From the NCBI RefSeq assembly GCF_009914755.1, contig NC_060934.1: a stretch of DNA of 64,000 bases, one strand, 5' to 3'. A program made the translations under genes and the position numbers. This document shows positions 1-18,173 of the stretch, in pieces. Under the pieces are notes generated by a model, which had not been told where the DNA came from, did no database searches, and was given only the letters and a program-made list of their open reading frames with translations. Every line of letters begins with the position of its first letter. Position 1 is the stretch's first letter. The DNA comes from the human T2T-CHM13v2.0 reference genome, Homo sapiens.

Positions 1-4599
<4,599 letters not shown>

Positions 4600-5220
4600 G
4601 TATCTCCCACTGTAGTACACACAGAGCAGTTTCCCTGCCCTAAAATCCCCTGTGCTCCACCTACTCAGCCCTCCTTCCTCCAGCTCCTGGTAGCCCCTGA
4701 TCATTCCACTGTCTCCATGGTCTTGCCTTTTCCAGAATGTCCTGTAGATGGAATCATACAACATGTATGCTTTCTGGATGGACTTATTTCACTCAGCAAT
4801 ATGCATTTATGTTTCCTCCCTGTCTTCCTTCTTTGTAATGCTGACTCATATTCCATTTTCTGGATGGATGAGAGTTTGTGTATCCACTGGCTTACTGAAG
4901 GGCGTTTTCGTTGCTTTCATGTTTTGGCAACTATGATAAAGCTACTATAAACATCCATGTGCCTTTTTTCTGTGTGGACACAAATTTTCAATTCATCTGG
5001 GTAAAGACCAAGGAGTGTGATTGCTGAACCATATGGTCAGAGTATGTTTAGTTTCATAAGAAAATGCCACGCTGTCTTCCACAGTGGGTGCACCATTTTG
5101 CACTCCCACCAGCAGCGACTGAATTTCCTGTTGCTCCACACCCTCACTGGCATTTGGTGGTGTCAGTGTTCTGGGTTTTGGTACTGGTATCTTAGCATTG
5201 CTTTAATTTGCATTTCCAGG
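4600..5220 (-). mobile_element. Old L1M-type (L1MB/MC-like) 3' fragment, apparently the target of the young L1
   Basis: Typical antisense L1M 3'-region text (TTGCCTTTTCCAGAATGTC...GGAATCATACA...TTTTGCACTCCCACCAGCA...TTAATTTGCATTTCC) begins immediately after the young L1 poly(A). Confidence 0.75.
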
Positions 5221-6864
5221 TAGCTAATTTTCCATCATATAATTTATTTTTGTGGGTGATTAGCAGGTCAGGGAGCTCTTTAACACAGACTACCTCTATT
5301 TCTATTTTTTTTAGAAAGGACAGGATAAATAGAGCATGGAATGCACATTTTTCTCTAGCACTTTATTTTCTCAGCTGGAAAAGTGTCGGAGAAGTGGTTT
5401 TCTAGGATAAACAGATGCAGTTTCTTATAAAGTTGATTTTGGCAATGATCAAATTCCATCAGATTCCTAAGATTTCCTACAGGGGAAAAGTCCCCAAAAA
5501 GGCAATGATTTTTTTATAAAATTCAGTTCTTTAACTGATGGATATTTAGACTAACCGAAGTCCATGCCTCTGACAGCAAACCACACAGACATTTTTGTGT
5601 GTTGGGTTGTAGGAATTTGCACTTGAAGGAATGATATTTGGGACATGTCTGAGGTTGCCTCTAGGGGGTTCAAGACTCCATACCCAGAGGGTGACTGATA
5701 AACATTGCCTGTCATGTTGGGTATTGAGCACCAAACTTCATCCAGAAAGAAATGTGCCATTGCTGGACAGTGTAAGATTGCCTCTCAGCGGATCCTGACT
5801 CTTTGGTCTGAATCTCACCCCATGCCTATAGACCAAAATCCTCCATGCCGACTGTGGCCTTGTCATTGTGGAAAGTGCCTTTTCAGCCGGGCATGCACTG
5901 GCAGCGCTCCCTGGGATACACGAGGCCTGTCTAGTGGGCCAGGGCTGGCTCCTAGGTTGGGGATTCTGCAAGACCTGTGAGTGGTCCTGGGAAGTCCGGT
6001 GGCTACCACTGGGATGTTTGTTTCTGGCTTAGGTTTAATATTTGAAAAGTTTTGTGAAATGTGCCAGGACGGATTATTATCATTCCAACAACAGAAATTT
6101 CAGCATAATTACATGTTAACATTTCCCCTAAGCACAAGCCTCCCTGGTTCAGGGCCTGGCAAGGCAGGATGAGCCACTAGGCTCTGGTCTTCAGATCCTA
6201 GAATCCAGGCTGGTGGGGCTGGAGAAGTCAGCCCTGGATTTTGATGGGAGGGAGGGGCTCTCTGGGGTGTGGCCCATCTCCCTCATGAAGCACTGCAACC
6301 TCTCCACTTCCCATTTGCTGCTCTCCCGGCCCCTATTTTAATTCAGGACATTACTGAGATTCCCTTCAGTTCCCAGTCTCTGCAGCTGTGTGGACTGCCA
6401 CCTGCGGGCACACCTGGGGCCGCATCATTCCACCTGGAATCTCCGTCTTCAGCGTCTTCCATCCCTGAGATTCCAGTTTCATTTCATCCTTTGTTTCCAT
6501 GCTCTCTGGCTCTTCATGTGTTTCCTTTAACTTCTATCCTTCATTCTCCAATTTCATCTGCTTCTCAGTGCTTGATTTCACCAAAGTCTCTATGATTTCC
6601 TGCTGCTTTGTTTATTAAGTCACTCATCAGATGTTGAATGGGGCCTATTTTGGACCGAGCACTGTGCCAGGTGCTGCTGTCACACTGAGTGAGCAGTCTG
6701 AAGGTGTTTGCATTTACGCAGAGGTACAACTTCTGACTTCCACCATGCCTGGCACTGAGAGACACTCCCAGATGTTAAAATATTCACCAGTCCTGGAGAA
6801 GCAGCTGGCACTGAGGCTCAGCACTCCTGCTAACCTACGAAGATGTTGGAATCAATGAGAAAAA

Positions 6865-6939
6865 CTTCACTGACTCTGAATAACATTCCTTCATTGACTC
6901 TGAATAACATTCCTTCATTGACTCTGAATAACATTCCTT
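6865..6939. repeat. Short tandem repeat, 24-bp unit x ~3
   Basis: TGACTCTGAATAACATTCCTTCAT at 6871, 6895 and (partial) 6919. Confidence 0.9.
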
Positions 6940-7044
6940 GGATGAAAGAAAAACAGAGGAAGAAGAGATAAGAATCCATCTAAACCTACTTTCTAAGCCC
7001 TGGAGGCCCCAGAAGTGAAAGTCCTCAAACACAAATTATTTTAC

Positions 7045-7170
7045 TAATTTACTGAGCAGACATTTCTGGAGAGCCCACTCGGTGCTGGGCACTGTTGCAG
7101 GCATGGGGGTAGTGATGGGGTGACAGTGGAGGCTGCTGCGCTCCAGTCGGGACTAGGTCCTCACGGTACC
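7045..7170 (-). mobile_element. Degenerate L2 3'-end fragment (a similar fragment lies at ~6610-6690)
   Basis: ...GACATTTCTGGAGAGCCCACTCGGTGCTGGGCACTGTTGCAGGCATGGGG resembles the reverse complement of the L2 3' terminus. Confidence 0.45.
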
Positions 7171-9109
7171 TCTGGAGGGGATCTCTGTGGTTGGGACGGG
7201 GATAAGTGGAGAGGGGAGGAGGCTCTCCAGGCCCCTGGCGCCTCAATCTCCTGTCCCGTTTCACTCTGACTCTCGTTTCCCCAAGGAAGAGGCAGGGAAA
7301 GAGGAGACAGGATTGTAAAGACAAGGAGTAGTTTTCAGTAACTTGGATTAAAAATAAGTTGAGGTTAAAGGTTGAACTTAGTGACAATATTTTGACCTAC
7401 AAGAATGCAAATTACGTATATTTCAACTTAATAGCTAAAATGTGTGTTTTGGAGTAAATGTGGATTTCGATTATTCACATGATGTTGCCACTGGTCTGCC
7501 ACAATCTAGATCTGGCTATAGGCAAATGAAGACTGAGACAGCCTCAGTAGCTCCAGAGCTGGGCAGCATGGAGCCGTGAAGACCAATGCTCATGGGGGTC
7601 ACTCAGGAGACCTGACTATAGATCCAAGTGTTGCCTTTAAACAGTTGTGTGATCTCAAGCAAACCTCATTTCTCCTTCCATGGGGAATGGTGGGCACACC
7701 AGCTCCATGCTGGTGCCGGTCCTGTCCCCTGCCACACATGACTGAGTGCCCACACCAGGCACTTGTGGTGCTGCTGATGGCATTACTTTTGTTTCTGGTG
7801 TCAGTTTTGTTTAGGCTTTTGGGGAGGAAAAAGCCTAACAAAAGGCTTTCCAGGAGCAGGGAATGGCTGGGGCCCATGTGAAGCGTCTCCTGGTTTGGTA
7901 ACAGGTGCGATCCTTCAGATGCTCCCCAAACATCTCTAATAAATGCTTAGTGGGTTCTTCCGGGAAATGAAAAAAAAAGACACCTGACGTTGTTGTTTAA
8001 TATCTGAGTACATCTGCATCTTCCATGTTCAGATACTCTGAACTCAGAGGATAGGTGAAGACCTGGCCAAGGCGCCTAGAGTGTCCCCCTGCCTGCTCCA
8101 TAGAGACCCCACCACACAGATGAAGACCCTGAGTGAGGAGAAAGCCTGCAAAGCTCCTCAACCCTCCCCTCAGCTCTGTCAGCCCTGGGTTCCAGCAAAG
8201 ACCTTGCTTCTTCTGTCTCCCACTGGGACCCCTGTCACTGCTACCTGGATGCTTGTTCCTCAAGCTGGCACCCGAGCTACCATCTCCGCCCTATGATGAT
8301 GGAAGCTTAGTTAAATGAAGCTCTTTCTGGAGCCAATGGGCTGGATCTTAAGCCTCCCGGAGAATGTGAGTGTAATTTAGGAAAGTGGAAGGAATGATTG
8401 AGTCTGTGTCCTAATCCCTGAGAGTCTGTACTCACTGAAGTGAGCAGCCTAATCCTCCTGGTACCTGCGGACTCAGGATGGAATCTTTAATTACCAGAGT
8501 CTCATTTCTGCTTCACGAGCACTACCGGAGTAGCATCTGTCGCTCAAATAAACTCATGTGAAAATAAAGTATTAAAATCAATAATTCAGCTTGGAGGTGA
8601 AATGGAACAGAAAAATAACTTTCTGGCTTGCAGTGTCCTGGATTTGCAGGCGGCAAGTTTCACTGACTCTTGCTTCTCCCTCTCCTTGGAGCATGCGAAC
8701 CTTGGTGGGTGCTGGCTGGCCTGCACCAGAGATGCAGTGGGGGATGCAGCTTCCACCAGGGTGTGGGGGATGCACTTTCTGGAAGAAAGGGCAACAGCCA
8801 TACCTTCTTCCAGCAGCTCCTGTGGCCACCTCCAGGTCAGAGTGAGCCCCCGGCAGGCCCCAGGCTGGCTCTGAGGCTGATGCAGCAGGTTCAGTTATTC
8901 TGCTGTGGCCTGAATGTGAGTTTCTCTTCACTTCATCACATTTTGGCTTCAACACTGAACAGATTTCAAAGACCACCTGAAGTTCCCTGTCTCCAGGACG
9001 TCTCTCCTGATTTCTCATTTCTGGAGTGATTGTGAAGAGAGCCAAGTTTACCAGTTGTTTATAATTTCACTCCAGGTGCGGTGATAAGCATGCACATCTC
9101 CCTTTGGCT

Positions 9110-9240
9110 GTCACAGTAACCCTTTGAGGTAGGCGCTGCCACGTTTCCCATTTAGAGGGGAGGAAAAAGACGCAGGGAGGTGAGGCACCTGCCCAACCCG
9201 CATGGGCAGGTGGGAACCAGGGTCCAAACCTGGCCTTCCT
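9110..9240 (-). mobile_element. MIR SINE fragment
   Basis: CACAGTAACCCTTTGAGGTAGG...CCCATTTAGAGGGGAGGAAA...AGGTGAGGCACCTGCCCAA matches the MIR core in reverse orientation. Confidence 0.55.
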
Positions 9241-10933
9241 TTCCTGCCTATCTTTCCTCTGCGGAGGTGTCACTGCCATGCTGCACACAGCTGCCATGCA
9301 GTGCTCTGTTCCAGATGCCTGTGCCTGTGACCCCTCTGCCCATGAGGCTGGGCACAGCCACTGCTGCACTGAGCTTTTGTGTCTTCCATTTTGTGTGTTT
9401 CGCCATCTTTTTATAGATGGTGGGGGATGGAGTGGACACAAGAGGGCGGCAGGAGAGGGGTGGGAAGATGTGATCTTGGGGTTTTCTCACCATTTCACCT
9501 GACCAGAGGCCAGAACGTCATTTGGAATTCTTCGGCCTTTACATCCAATGATACAGTTGGGGCCGTTCATCCATTCCTCAACAAGCATCTGCTGAAGGCC
9601 TGGTGAGAGCCAGGAACCAGCCGTGGAGTGGGGTGGGAGTGCCCAGGTGAGTCCAGGGTCTCAGGGTCTTATCTGTGTGGGGGAGGGCCCATTGGGGGAC
9701 AGCTTTGGGGAGAAGGGTGAAGGGGGATGGGCCCTGAGTGCCTCTGAAGTGACTCAGAGCTGTGGCCTGAACTTCTGAAAGATGCCCCTTCCACCTGTCC
9801 CCCATCGCCACTCCTTGGGCCTTCCACAGCCAGGGGTGTCCTGCTGCCTGCCAGGGGGTCCCCACAGTGGATGACAGATGGCAGAATGTTCATGAGGCCT
9901 CACTGAGTGCCAGGCACTGGGAACTAAGTGGTGGAACTGGGACTGCCCATTCCAAAATGTGTCTCTGCCATTCACGAGCGACTGTCCCTTTCAAGTGTGG
10001 GCCAATTGTAGTGACAAGAGTCCCTGCTCACAGAAAGCACCAATGCTTCCACAGCAGAGCCAGCCACTGTGAGGCACCACCTCCTGGGATAACAGGGGAA
10101 ACACAACTAAAACAGGGCACAGGGTTACCTCTGCCCAGCCAAGATGGTTTCCTGCCCTTGGTTAGAGGGAGGGTGGGAGAACGACAGTGGCCCCACACAC
10201 CACAGAGATGACACCTGCACACCCATCCGAGTTAATCGAGGGGCCTTGCTTGCACAGTGCAAACTTCCATTGTGCAGAGGTTTCACAGAAACATGCTTGC
10301 ATCAACCTTCCTTCTGAGGTTGTATGGACTCCCAAATTCCTGTGGCTGTGGGTCCTGCCTCCCAGCGTCCTCCTGCAGCCAGCTGGCAATGCCAAACACC
10401 CACACCATGTCTTTTGCTAACTAGTAATATTTCTGAAACTCGCTATGTCTGAAAACCAGTCACTTGGAACATTCTGCAGGGCAATCTCCAGCCTCCACTC
10501 TTGAGGAAGGAGAGGCAGTTGTGGAAGCCACACAGCCCGTGCCACAGCTCAGGAGCCCTGTGGACCTGAGGCTCGGAGACATCGGCCCTGGCCTTAGGAC
10601 CTACTCACTTAGGAATCTCACATTCTGGATTCTTATTTTGAACTCTGTCTTCCCATTGCTCTAGGAACCATCATAATCATTTTGAAAACCACCAAGAGGA
10701 GAGCTGCCAACCATCAACACCTGCTCCCCAGCAGAGCTGAGGTTTCTCTGCAGCCGCCTCCCTTTCAGTAAGGACATCTCCCCTCGCAGGTCACCAGCCC
10801 TGCCCACAGCTGGACTCTACTTGCCCCGTCCTCCTAGGAAGTCCCTTATGAGAAGCAAAGCCAGACAGACTATAGCTGGGGGCCCTAAGTCAGCAGACGG
10901 GCCCTGCCCTCCCTGGTCTGCCCCTGCAGCCAG

Positions 10934-10962
10934 TCCTTCCTCCTCCTCCTCCTCCTCCTCCT
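10934..10962. repeat. (TCC)n microsatellite
   Basis: Run of TCC triplets. Confidence 0.9.
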
Positions 10963-13900
10963 GGTCCACCTCTTCCTTCCCACATCGGCCCTTCCACGGC
11001 CAGTGCCCCTCCATCCTCCCCACTGCCCGGCCTCCAGGGAGACCTCTTCCCACACTTGCCCTGGCCTTCCGGCCGCTTCTGACCCACGTGACAGACCTGA
11101 GCTTAGGGTTTCGCAGGAGGGTCTCAAATACGGCATGCGAAGGTGCAGAGCTGAGTCTGAGGTGCCCAAGATGTGATGATAGTCTGCCAACCACCTGACG
11201 GGAGAGGGGCCCCTGAGAGCATCTCTGTTAGACACGACCCAAACAGAAGCAACAAAAGTGCTCCCGGATGTCTGAAAGCTTCAGCGGCTCTCCAGGAGGA
11301 ACATGGCCTCGGATGCCTGCACCTGGGCTGCTCTGAACACTGTGGGGTTCAGAGTGAACTCAAGGCCCTGTCTGGCCTTAGATATTTCACTGTTGGTGCA
11401 AAATTCCCCAGAATTTATTTTATTATCCTAATGGGAACAGGGAAGTTCACGCAGAGGGTGTCAGCCGCACTCTCCACCCCTTCCTGATCATCACCCTTCT
11501 CACGGAGAGAAGCCGCCCCGAGGTTCCAACATGACGAAGTAGCGTACAGTTAAGGGGTCCTGGGCAGGGAGCCCTGAGTTCCTCTCCCCACCGAGTCTCT
11601 CTGGGAGTTTGGGAAAGTGGTCAGGAGGGGAGGCCAGGGATGATTTGAGTTGGTGCAGACTCTTCTTCCCCTCAGCGGGGTGGGGGCTTGCAGGGAGAGA
11701 TCAGGAGGCAGCTCCGGAAGAGCCGAGCCAGGCACCAGGTGCTGCAGGTGACAGGGTGAGGGTCTGCAGGGGCTCCTGGGCCTCTGCATCAGCCCCAGCC
11801 AGCGCACATGGCTTCCAAGGTTTCCGCCTTCATTGATTGCTGCTGGGGCACCCAGCACGGCTGAGTGAGCGCAAAGCGTCCTGAGCGTGGCGTTTGGCAT
11901 GGCTGATGTTTCCAAGCCTCCCAGCAAGCCATACATCATGAAATATTGATATGGTTCCACTAGACTGCTGCACCTGACATTTGATTTATAGCTTTAGGTG
12001 TTCTTTTTTAATTCTAAACAGTCAATGAGGGATCAAAGGAAATGTCATATTTGTAGGGCTCAAGCTCAGAGGGGCTCCTCGGAAGCCAGGAAGGGAGGTG
12101 CCGTGGTTGCTCCCACAATGGGCCCTACCCTGGCCTCCCAGGGAGGGGCTTTGAGGGGCCCCTATGCAGGTGAAGACGCCCCTTCCCTATGCCCCAGCAT
12201 CTCAAATATTTACCACGTTAAATATCAGCCTCCAGAATATTGCCTTCATTTAAGCTTTTCACGTTCCAATGATTTTTTATTATTTCCATCGACCAAAATA
12301 AATGAAGAAAATGTTTTAGACTACACTTGAAAGCATGTAAAAATCAATAACTGGATTTTAAAAGATTTAAAATGTCTTGAATACATTCATTTTCAAACAT
12401 TTTCCTCTGATCTTTAAATAGCTTTTCTTGGAGCATAACAGTTTTTTGAAAAGTCAAATATGGAGCATTAAGGGTATAATTACCATTTTAATTATAACTC
12501 AATCATCCTATCTGCTTTGCATAGAAATTAAGGCTTTTATGTCAGGATTTTGGGCACTCACAAATGTTCAGGAGCAATTAATGTTAAAAGTTTAATTTTT
12601 TTAAAGACTGAGTGTGAACTTTGCAGTTCTTAATTTCCTTCTTGCTCAGATGGGGCAGCAGAGATGCTCCCACTTGCCGTTTAATTTTTGAAGCGAGTTC
12701 ATTTCCCCTTCCGAGTCAGCTCCCACATCCCTGTGACAGGCGGCGTCACACAGCAGGGAAGGGAGTGGATGGTGCCAGGCTGCTGGGCTTGGGCCCTGCT
12801 CTGCCGTGGTGATGGCGGCTTCCCTGAGTCCAGGCTCGCCTCACCCAGCTTCCTCACCCATAACGTGGCCTTGTCGCAGCCCTTGCCTTGTGGGGTTGCT
12901 GCAGGACTCCTGTGAGTGGCAACGTGCAAGGTGCTGATGGCAGTGTCGGCCACGGTGCATGCCCTGTGCTGGCCTCATTATTTTCCAGAGTCCCCTTTTT
13001 GGTTTGATCTAAAATAATCCCAGTCATTCTGGGAGTCATTGGTTTTCCTCCTACCCGGAATAGGATTGTTTAAAAAATGGTACAACCGTAAATCTTATGT
13101 ATTCAGAGCAGTACTTATTAGATCACAAAACAGCACAAAGCCCTGAGAATCTCGCAGAAGCAGGGCCCTCTATTGCTGTGCCCTCCCCACACCCCATGTG
13201 CACTGGCCTGGCTATAAAGTGACAAGGCTGCTTTCAAAGTCTTTATTTTGCATTAATGAAAATGCCATTTGGCTAAAACTTAACTAGATTTTCATTGAAT
13301 TTTGCCCTGAGAAGGAAATACTAAAATGATAGATTTTCCCATTGTTTTTCCGCGAATGAGTAATGTGCTTAGCTCCTCACTCCGGAGGCATAAGGTTGCA
13401 GTTTTGTGTGCGTGTGTCTGTGCATGCTTGTATGCAAAACGCAGCCTGGACATTTTTCTCCCAGTTAAAGCCCCGGTCTAAGATCTGGTCCATTTCCTCT
13501 TGAGCTGCCACTGCTCAGGCTGGAAGGAAAAATCATTTTTATGGGCACTGCCGTGGCAAAATAAAATAATTCCATTTTTAGAAAGGCTGTGGCGTAGGCC
13601 CCTCCCTTCCTGTATGTTTTTGCTGACAGCCTTGCTCTGCTTCACTTTTAGCCGATTTTTATGTTTTTTAGTTCCCTCACTTGTGCTTAAAGTCTTACTT
13701 ATATTAGAAAAAAATGAATGGAGGCAGGCAGACATAATTTAAAAATAATTATTATGCCGTATCTTCTATACCTTGTACCAGATAATGTTCCCTGAGACTT
13801 AATCACTGAATATCACTTACATAATCAGGCATAATCCCAAGTGTAATTACAAAACATCCCATAATCTCCACGAGCCTGACAGGCATAGTCGATTGTCTTC

Positions 13901-16334
13901 GTAAGTTGTTGTACGGATTTTTCTAGAACACTGAGGGTTTCACATAATTTTTTAATTTTTGGTGAAGGGAAATTATTAAACATTTAAGTGAACATGATTT
14001 AGTTTTGATGGCTCTGGGAGAGTCTTATATAAACAAGATCACTTCTGGGAAGACATCCCTTTCTTAGGCGCTATCTTCTGGTTTGGGTTTGGTGCAGGAG
14101 TTGGCAATGTTTTTGGGGTAAGTCCAATTCCCTGATGTTGCTGGTGCATCCATCTGCCTCTCTCACTCCTTGGGCAGTACTGAGGGCTCCGTGCCCCTGG
14201 GTCCCCCAAAAGCCCATCAGCAGGGGGCACAGGCAGGGGTAGGCCTGGGGGGGGGTGGGTCAGTTTGTGTGGCTCTGGTCTCTGTGGGCCGGCCACGCCC
14301 CTCCATTGGGGGCCCAGCTTGTAGGGGTGGCTGGACACATGGCTGCCTCTCTGCACCCCAGCCTTCCCGTCTTGAGCTTGGTACCCATCCCGTCACTTCC
14401 CTAAAGCCTGCCTACTCCCTACCAGTGCCCCTTTACTCGACCCTCCCTCAATCCCCGGTGTGAGTGCCAGGTAACTGCTGGACCCTGATCTATAAAAACA
14501 CTAACATTAGGAGAAGGCCCTGTCTCCTCTGACTGGGTGTGAAGTGTTGGCCACTCATAAACCTGCATTCTGCATAGCTGGGCAATTTAAGATGGTGAAG
14601 AATATACTATACTTTTGTTAGACACTGTAAAATCTATGTCAGTTTCTGCTACTTATTATTAGTTTCACAGTAACACAATCAATCAAATAAAACAGCAAAA
14701 AATCCACCCACAGAGAAGCGTGTAGTCACAGGTGACGGATCCTGTAACAGGAACGTGGTAAAGCCCATCATGGTATGATTTGGTACCATTTGTTTATTTT
14801 TGCAACCTCTTACAGCCCATAAGATACTAGAAGCTCCCTTTAAATTCAAACACTGACAGCTCCCTGCAGAATTTGAGAACCATGCAGGAGTGAGAGAGAT
14901 CATGGGCTGGGCCGGAGGGATGTGGGAAAGCCAGACCATTTGCTAGAAACAAGCAGTACCATTTGCACTCCTGGTGTGGGGAGTGGTTTGGATTCATTTA
15001 CTTATTATTCATCCATGCCTTTGTGGATTTCTCAGTGCACACATCATCGCAGAGTGCTGGGGTTCAGATTCCACCTGATCTCTCTGGGCACTGCTGTCCT
15101 CGTGTACAAGTGGGGGCAACAATACTTGCTCATTCAACTCAGCATTGATACAAAGGCTGCTCGAGACTGTGTTTGGGAATGCCTTCTGTGACCTCTAAAG
15201 TGTTGTCAAAGTATAATTTGTCCCTGTCAGAAGGAATATCGGGGAGTGTGGGAATCTCTCGTTACTGTGTTGGCCACAGTTGGAATAATCTAGTTCCCAC
15301 ATCTCCACTGGAGAAAGCATCTCTCAGATCACACCCCACAAATTCCCGTGGTGGGTAAAGGGTCTGCCAGCCTCCAGACAGGCATCTGTTCCAGCAGAAA
15401 ATGACCCAGGGTAGATGGACCGTGCTCCAAAGGCTTATGAATGTGGCCAGCGGCCTTAATTTCTGTCGTCTGCTTATAACTCCATCCAAAATCCTGGCTG
15501 GAGATGATAAAAAAAGATTCAAGGAGCTCAGAGTAAGTGGGACATGTGACCTGCTCAGATGCTGACCCATGCCACATTGTGACAGTGACGAAAACAGAGT
15601 GAAGAATAAGGCCAGATCTATAGGATGGGGCTGGTGTCTTAGGAACAGACTTCCTTACACACAGAGATACAGCATATAGTATAAGAGCAGGGACACCCCA
15701 AAACAATGAGGAAGTAAGTTCAGTAAAGGTTTCTAGGCCGACTGTCACAAGAAAGCATGATCTTGCCTGTGGATCATACCTCAAGATGTATTATGGGTAG
15801 GTAGAATAAAACAGAAAAATAGCACAGAAGAGCAAACATGAATGTTTACCAAACTTCCTGGGGGTGGGTGGAGAAGATCTTTCAAAGCATAAAAGCAGAA
15901 GGATAAGTCATACAGCTGACAGATAGATCACCTGGAAATTAAAATTTTCTCTGTATCAAAAACCCTCCATCATAATCAAAATAAAAAGCAAAATAAAAGA
16001 CATATTCAGATAATAGCTATGGATTAGCAAGATCTCAAACAAAATGATTATAATCACATCTTGGTTGATAAGAACTCATTGCACAAATTCCTCTTATATC
16101 AGAACTTGAAAAGAGTCTATTCCATGACGAATGGATAGCTGGCATTTTTCCTTCTACAGAGTGTTGGGGACTATGCAATGCATGTTTCCCTCTTTGTCTT
16201 GAATGCCAAGGCATTCTGTGCCCTGTCCGAGTACCTACCTTAGCTTGTACTTACTTCCTGGAACATGACTTCTGGGAATTAGACAGTATAAATGTAATGA
16301 TGTAGCTGAATGCCTGGCTAGTTAGAGAGTCGCC

Positions 16335-16520
16335 ATGTTGTCTTTTCCTTATGAATATAAATATTTCCTTTGTATGGATTCCCAGCAGTGGGACTACTGG
16401 ACCAATATGTGTAAACGTTTCTAAAGTTTTTGGTGTGTATTGCCAAATTGTTTTGTGCAAGGTGCAGCCCACCAGCAGTGTGTGCACATAACACTATCCT
16501 CACCCTCTACAGCATTGGGG
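16335..16520 (-). mobile_element. Ancient L1M/L1ME fragment
   Basis: TATTTCCTTTGTATGGATTCCCAGCAGTGGGACTACTGGA...TATTGCCAAATTG...CCCACCAGCAGTGTGTG. The minus frame gives the L1-like PVVPLLGIHTKE. Confidence 0.6.
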
Positions 16521-17876
16521 CTATGCTCATGTAGACCAGGCCTCAGCTCACCTCTTACTACTCCCTTCCCATTCCTCATTCCAGCATCTTCACATCTTGC
16601 CTCCATCCTCAGACTCACAGTGGCCTCCAGCCGCCCAACCACTCCCATTCAAATGGAAAGCATGCATTGAAGTTGAGTCCCTCCCATGAGGCTGGTAGGA
16701 TGCTTCTTGCCATTCTGGTGTCCCATGATGTGCTATGGAGAATGGAGTGAGTCTCAATAAACATCATTGTCTTTAACATAGCAAAGTAGGGCTCCCCAAA
16801 AGTATGTGAATTTTAAAAGGGTGAAGGCAGTGATTTGTCCAACTAGATCATCCAGATTTAGGGTCTGGTATCTAGCATCTTTCAAATCACACCATGTAGA
16901 TGTCACTTTGATTTTAGGGGTGTTGGGCTTACTGAGGAGGCCAGTATCTGAGCTCAGGCAAGACCTCAATTTCACGTCTTAGGGTATCTCCTTGGTGAAG
17001 GCAAAGTGCCCCCTCTCAGGCTAAGAAAAACCATTGGACCATGGTGTATCAGATAGTTCTTAGTCATAATATATACAAATTTAACAACTATCTGCAAAGT
17101 GAGAATTTTTCCACAATGAATTATTTGGTAGCTTTGGTGTTGATTTTATAGCTGTCCTTCTGCCAGAGAACAGCGATGCTGAGATTTGCTGTCAGTCTGT
17201 TGGTCCTATTTTTCTATAATGAGAGATGATGTGGTGAGCTACAAAATAAGAGACAGATGATAAAATAATTCCTTAAGAAAAAAATATTAGAATACAATGG
17301 GCCGGCAGGCAAATGATAAAATGCCTCTTTCCTGTTTTTTAAGCACTGTAATAAAACATTTTGGAGGTGGGGCATTGTGGATGTGCAGTGCCGTATTGTA
17401 ATTGTAAACAGAAATGAACTGGCCCAGATTCAGAGCCTGTGGCAGCACAGGGTCATTGGGATTCATTGTTCAGTGGGAACATATTTTACTGTGAAATGTT
17501 CTGATGACATTAGAATGTAAAGTTCCTACAACCTAAACAACAGGTTTCATTCTGACTTCCATCTGTCATACTGAGGTACCATATGACTCTGTAGTTAAAA
17601 ACCAGTATAAATAATTTGGAACCCAAATCCATCCCATTGGCTCTTTATAGTTCTCCCCATATGATGGTGTCATACAGATCTCTCCTCCTACACACTTTGC
17701 AGAAGCACTGTCCAAATCTTGCCTCATGGAAATCACCTCTTCTCTCTTGCAGAGAGCAAGCCCATGATGTTGTCCTCATCCGGAAGATCCCTGCCTATCC
17801 TGCCTGAAAACAGCCCATTGAGAGCAAAGGTGACTGCACTGCCTGCCATCCTCAGATACAGAAGTATGCTACTAAC

Positions 17877-18173
17877 TTTTAATTTTAATTTTTTAGAGAC
17901 AGGGTCTTCCTGTCTCCCAGGCTGGAGTGCAGTGACACGATCCTAGCTCACAGCAGCTTTGAACTCCTGGGCTCAAGTGATCCTCCCGCCTCAGCCTCCT
18001 GACTAGCTGGGACTAAAAGTGCTCATCACTGCGCCCTGCTAATATTTTCAAATTTTTTTGTAGAGATGGGGGTCTCATTATGTTGCCCAGGCTGGTCTCA
18101 AATTCCCTGCCTTAAACAATCCTCTCATCTCAGCCTCCCAAAGCGCTGGGATTAGAGGTGTGAGCCACCGTGC
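17877..18173 (-). mobile_element. Alu, old (AluJ-like), sense to ADARB2
   Basis: T-rich tail followed by AGAGACAGGGTCT...CCCAGGCTGGAGTGCAGTG...CTCCTGGGCTCAAGTGATCCTCCCGCCTCAGCC...GTGAGCCACCGTGC. Dimeric structure. Confidence 0.93.

Noticed and set aside
5200-17800. Numerous 60-150 aa ORFs in unique intronic sequence
   Set aside because: They mostly have GTG/TTG starts, no recognisable domains and lengths expected by chance in GC-rich DNA.
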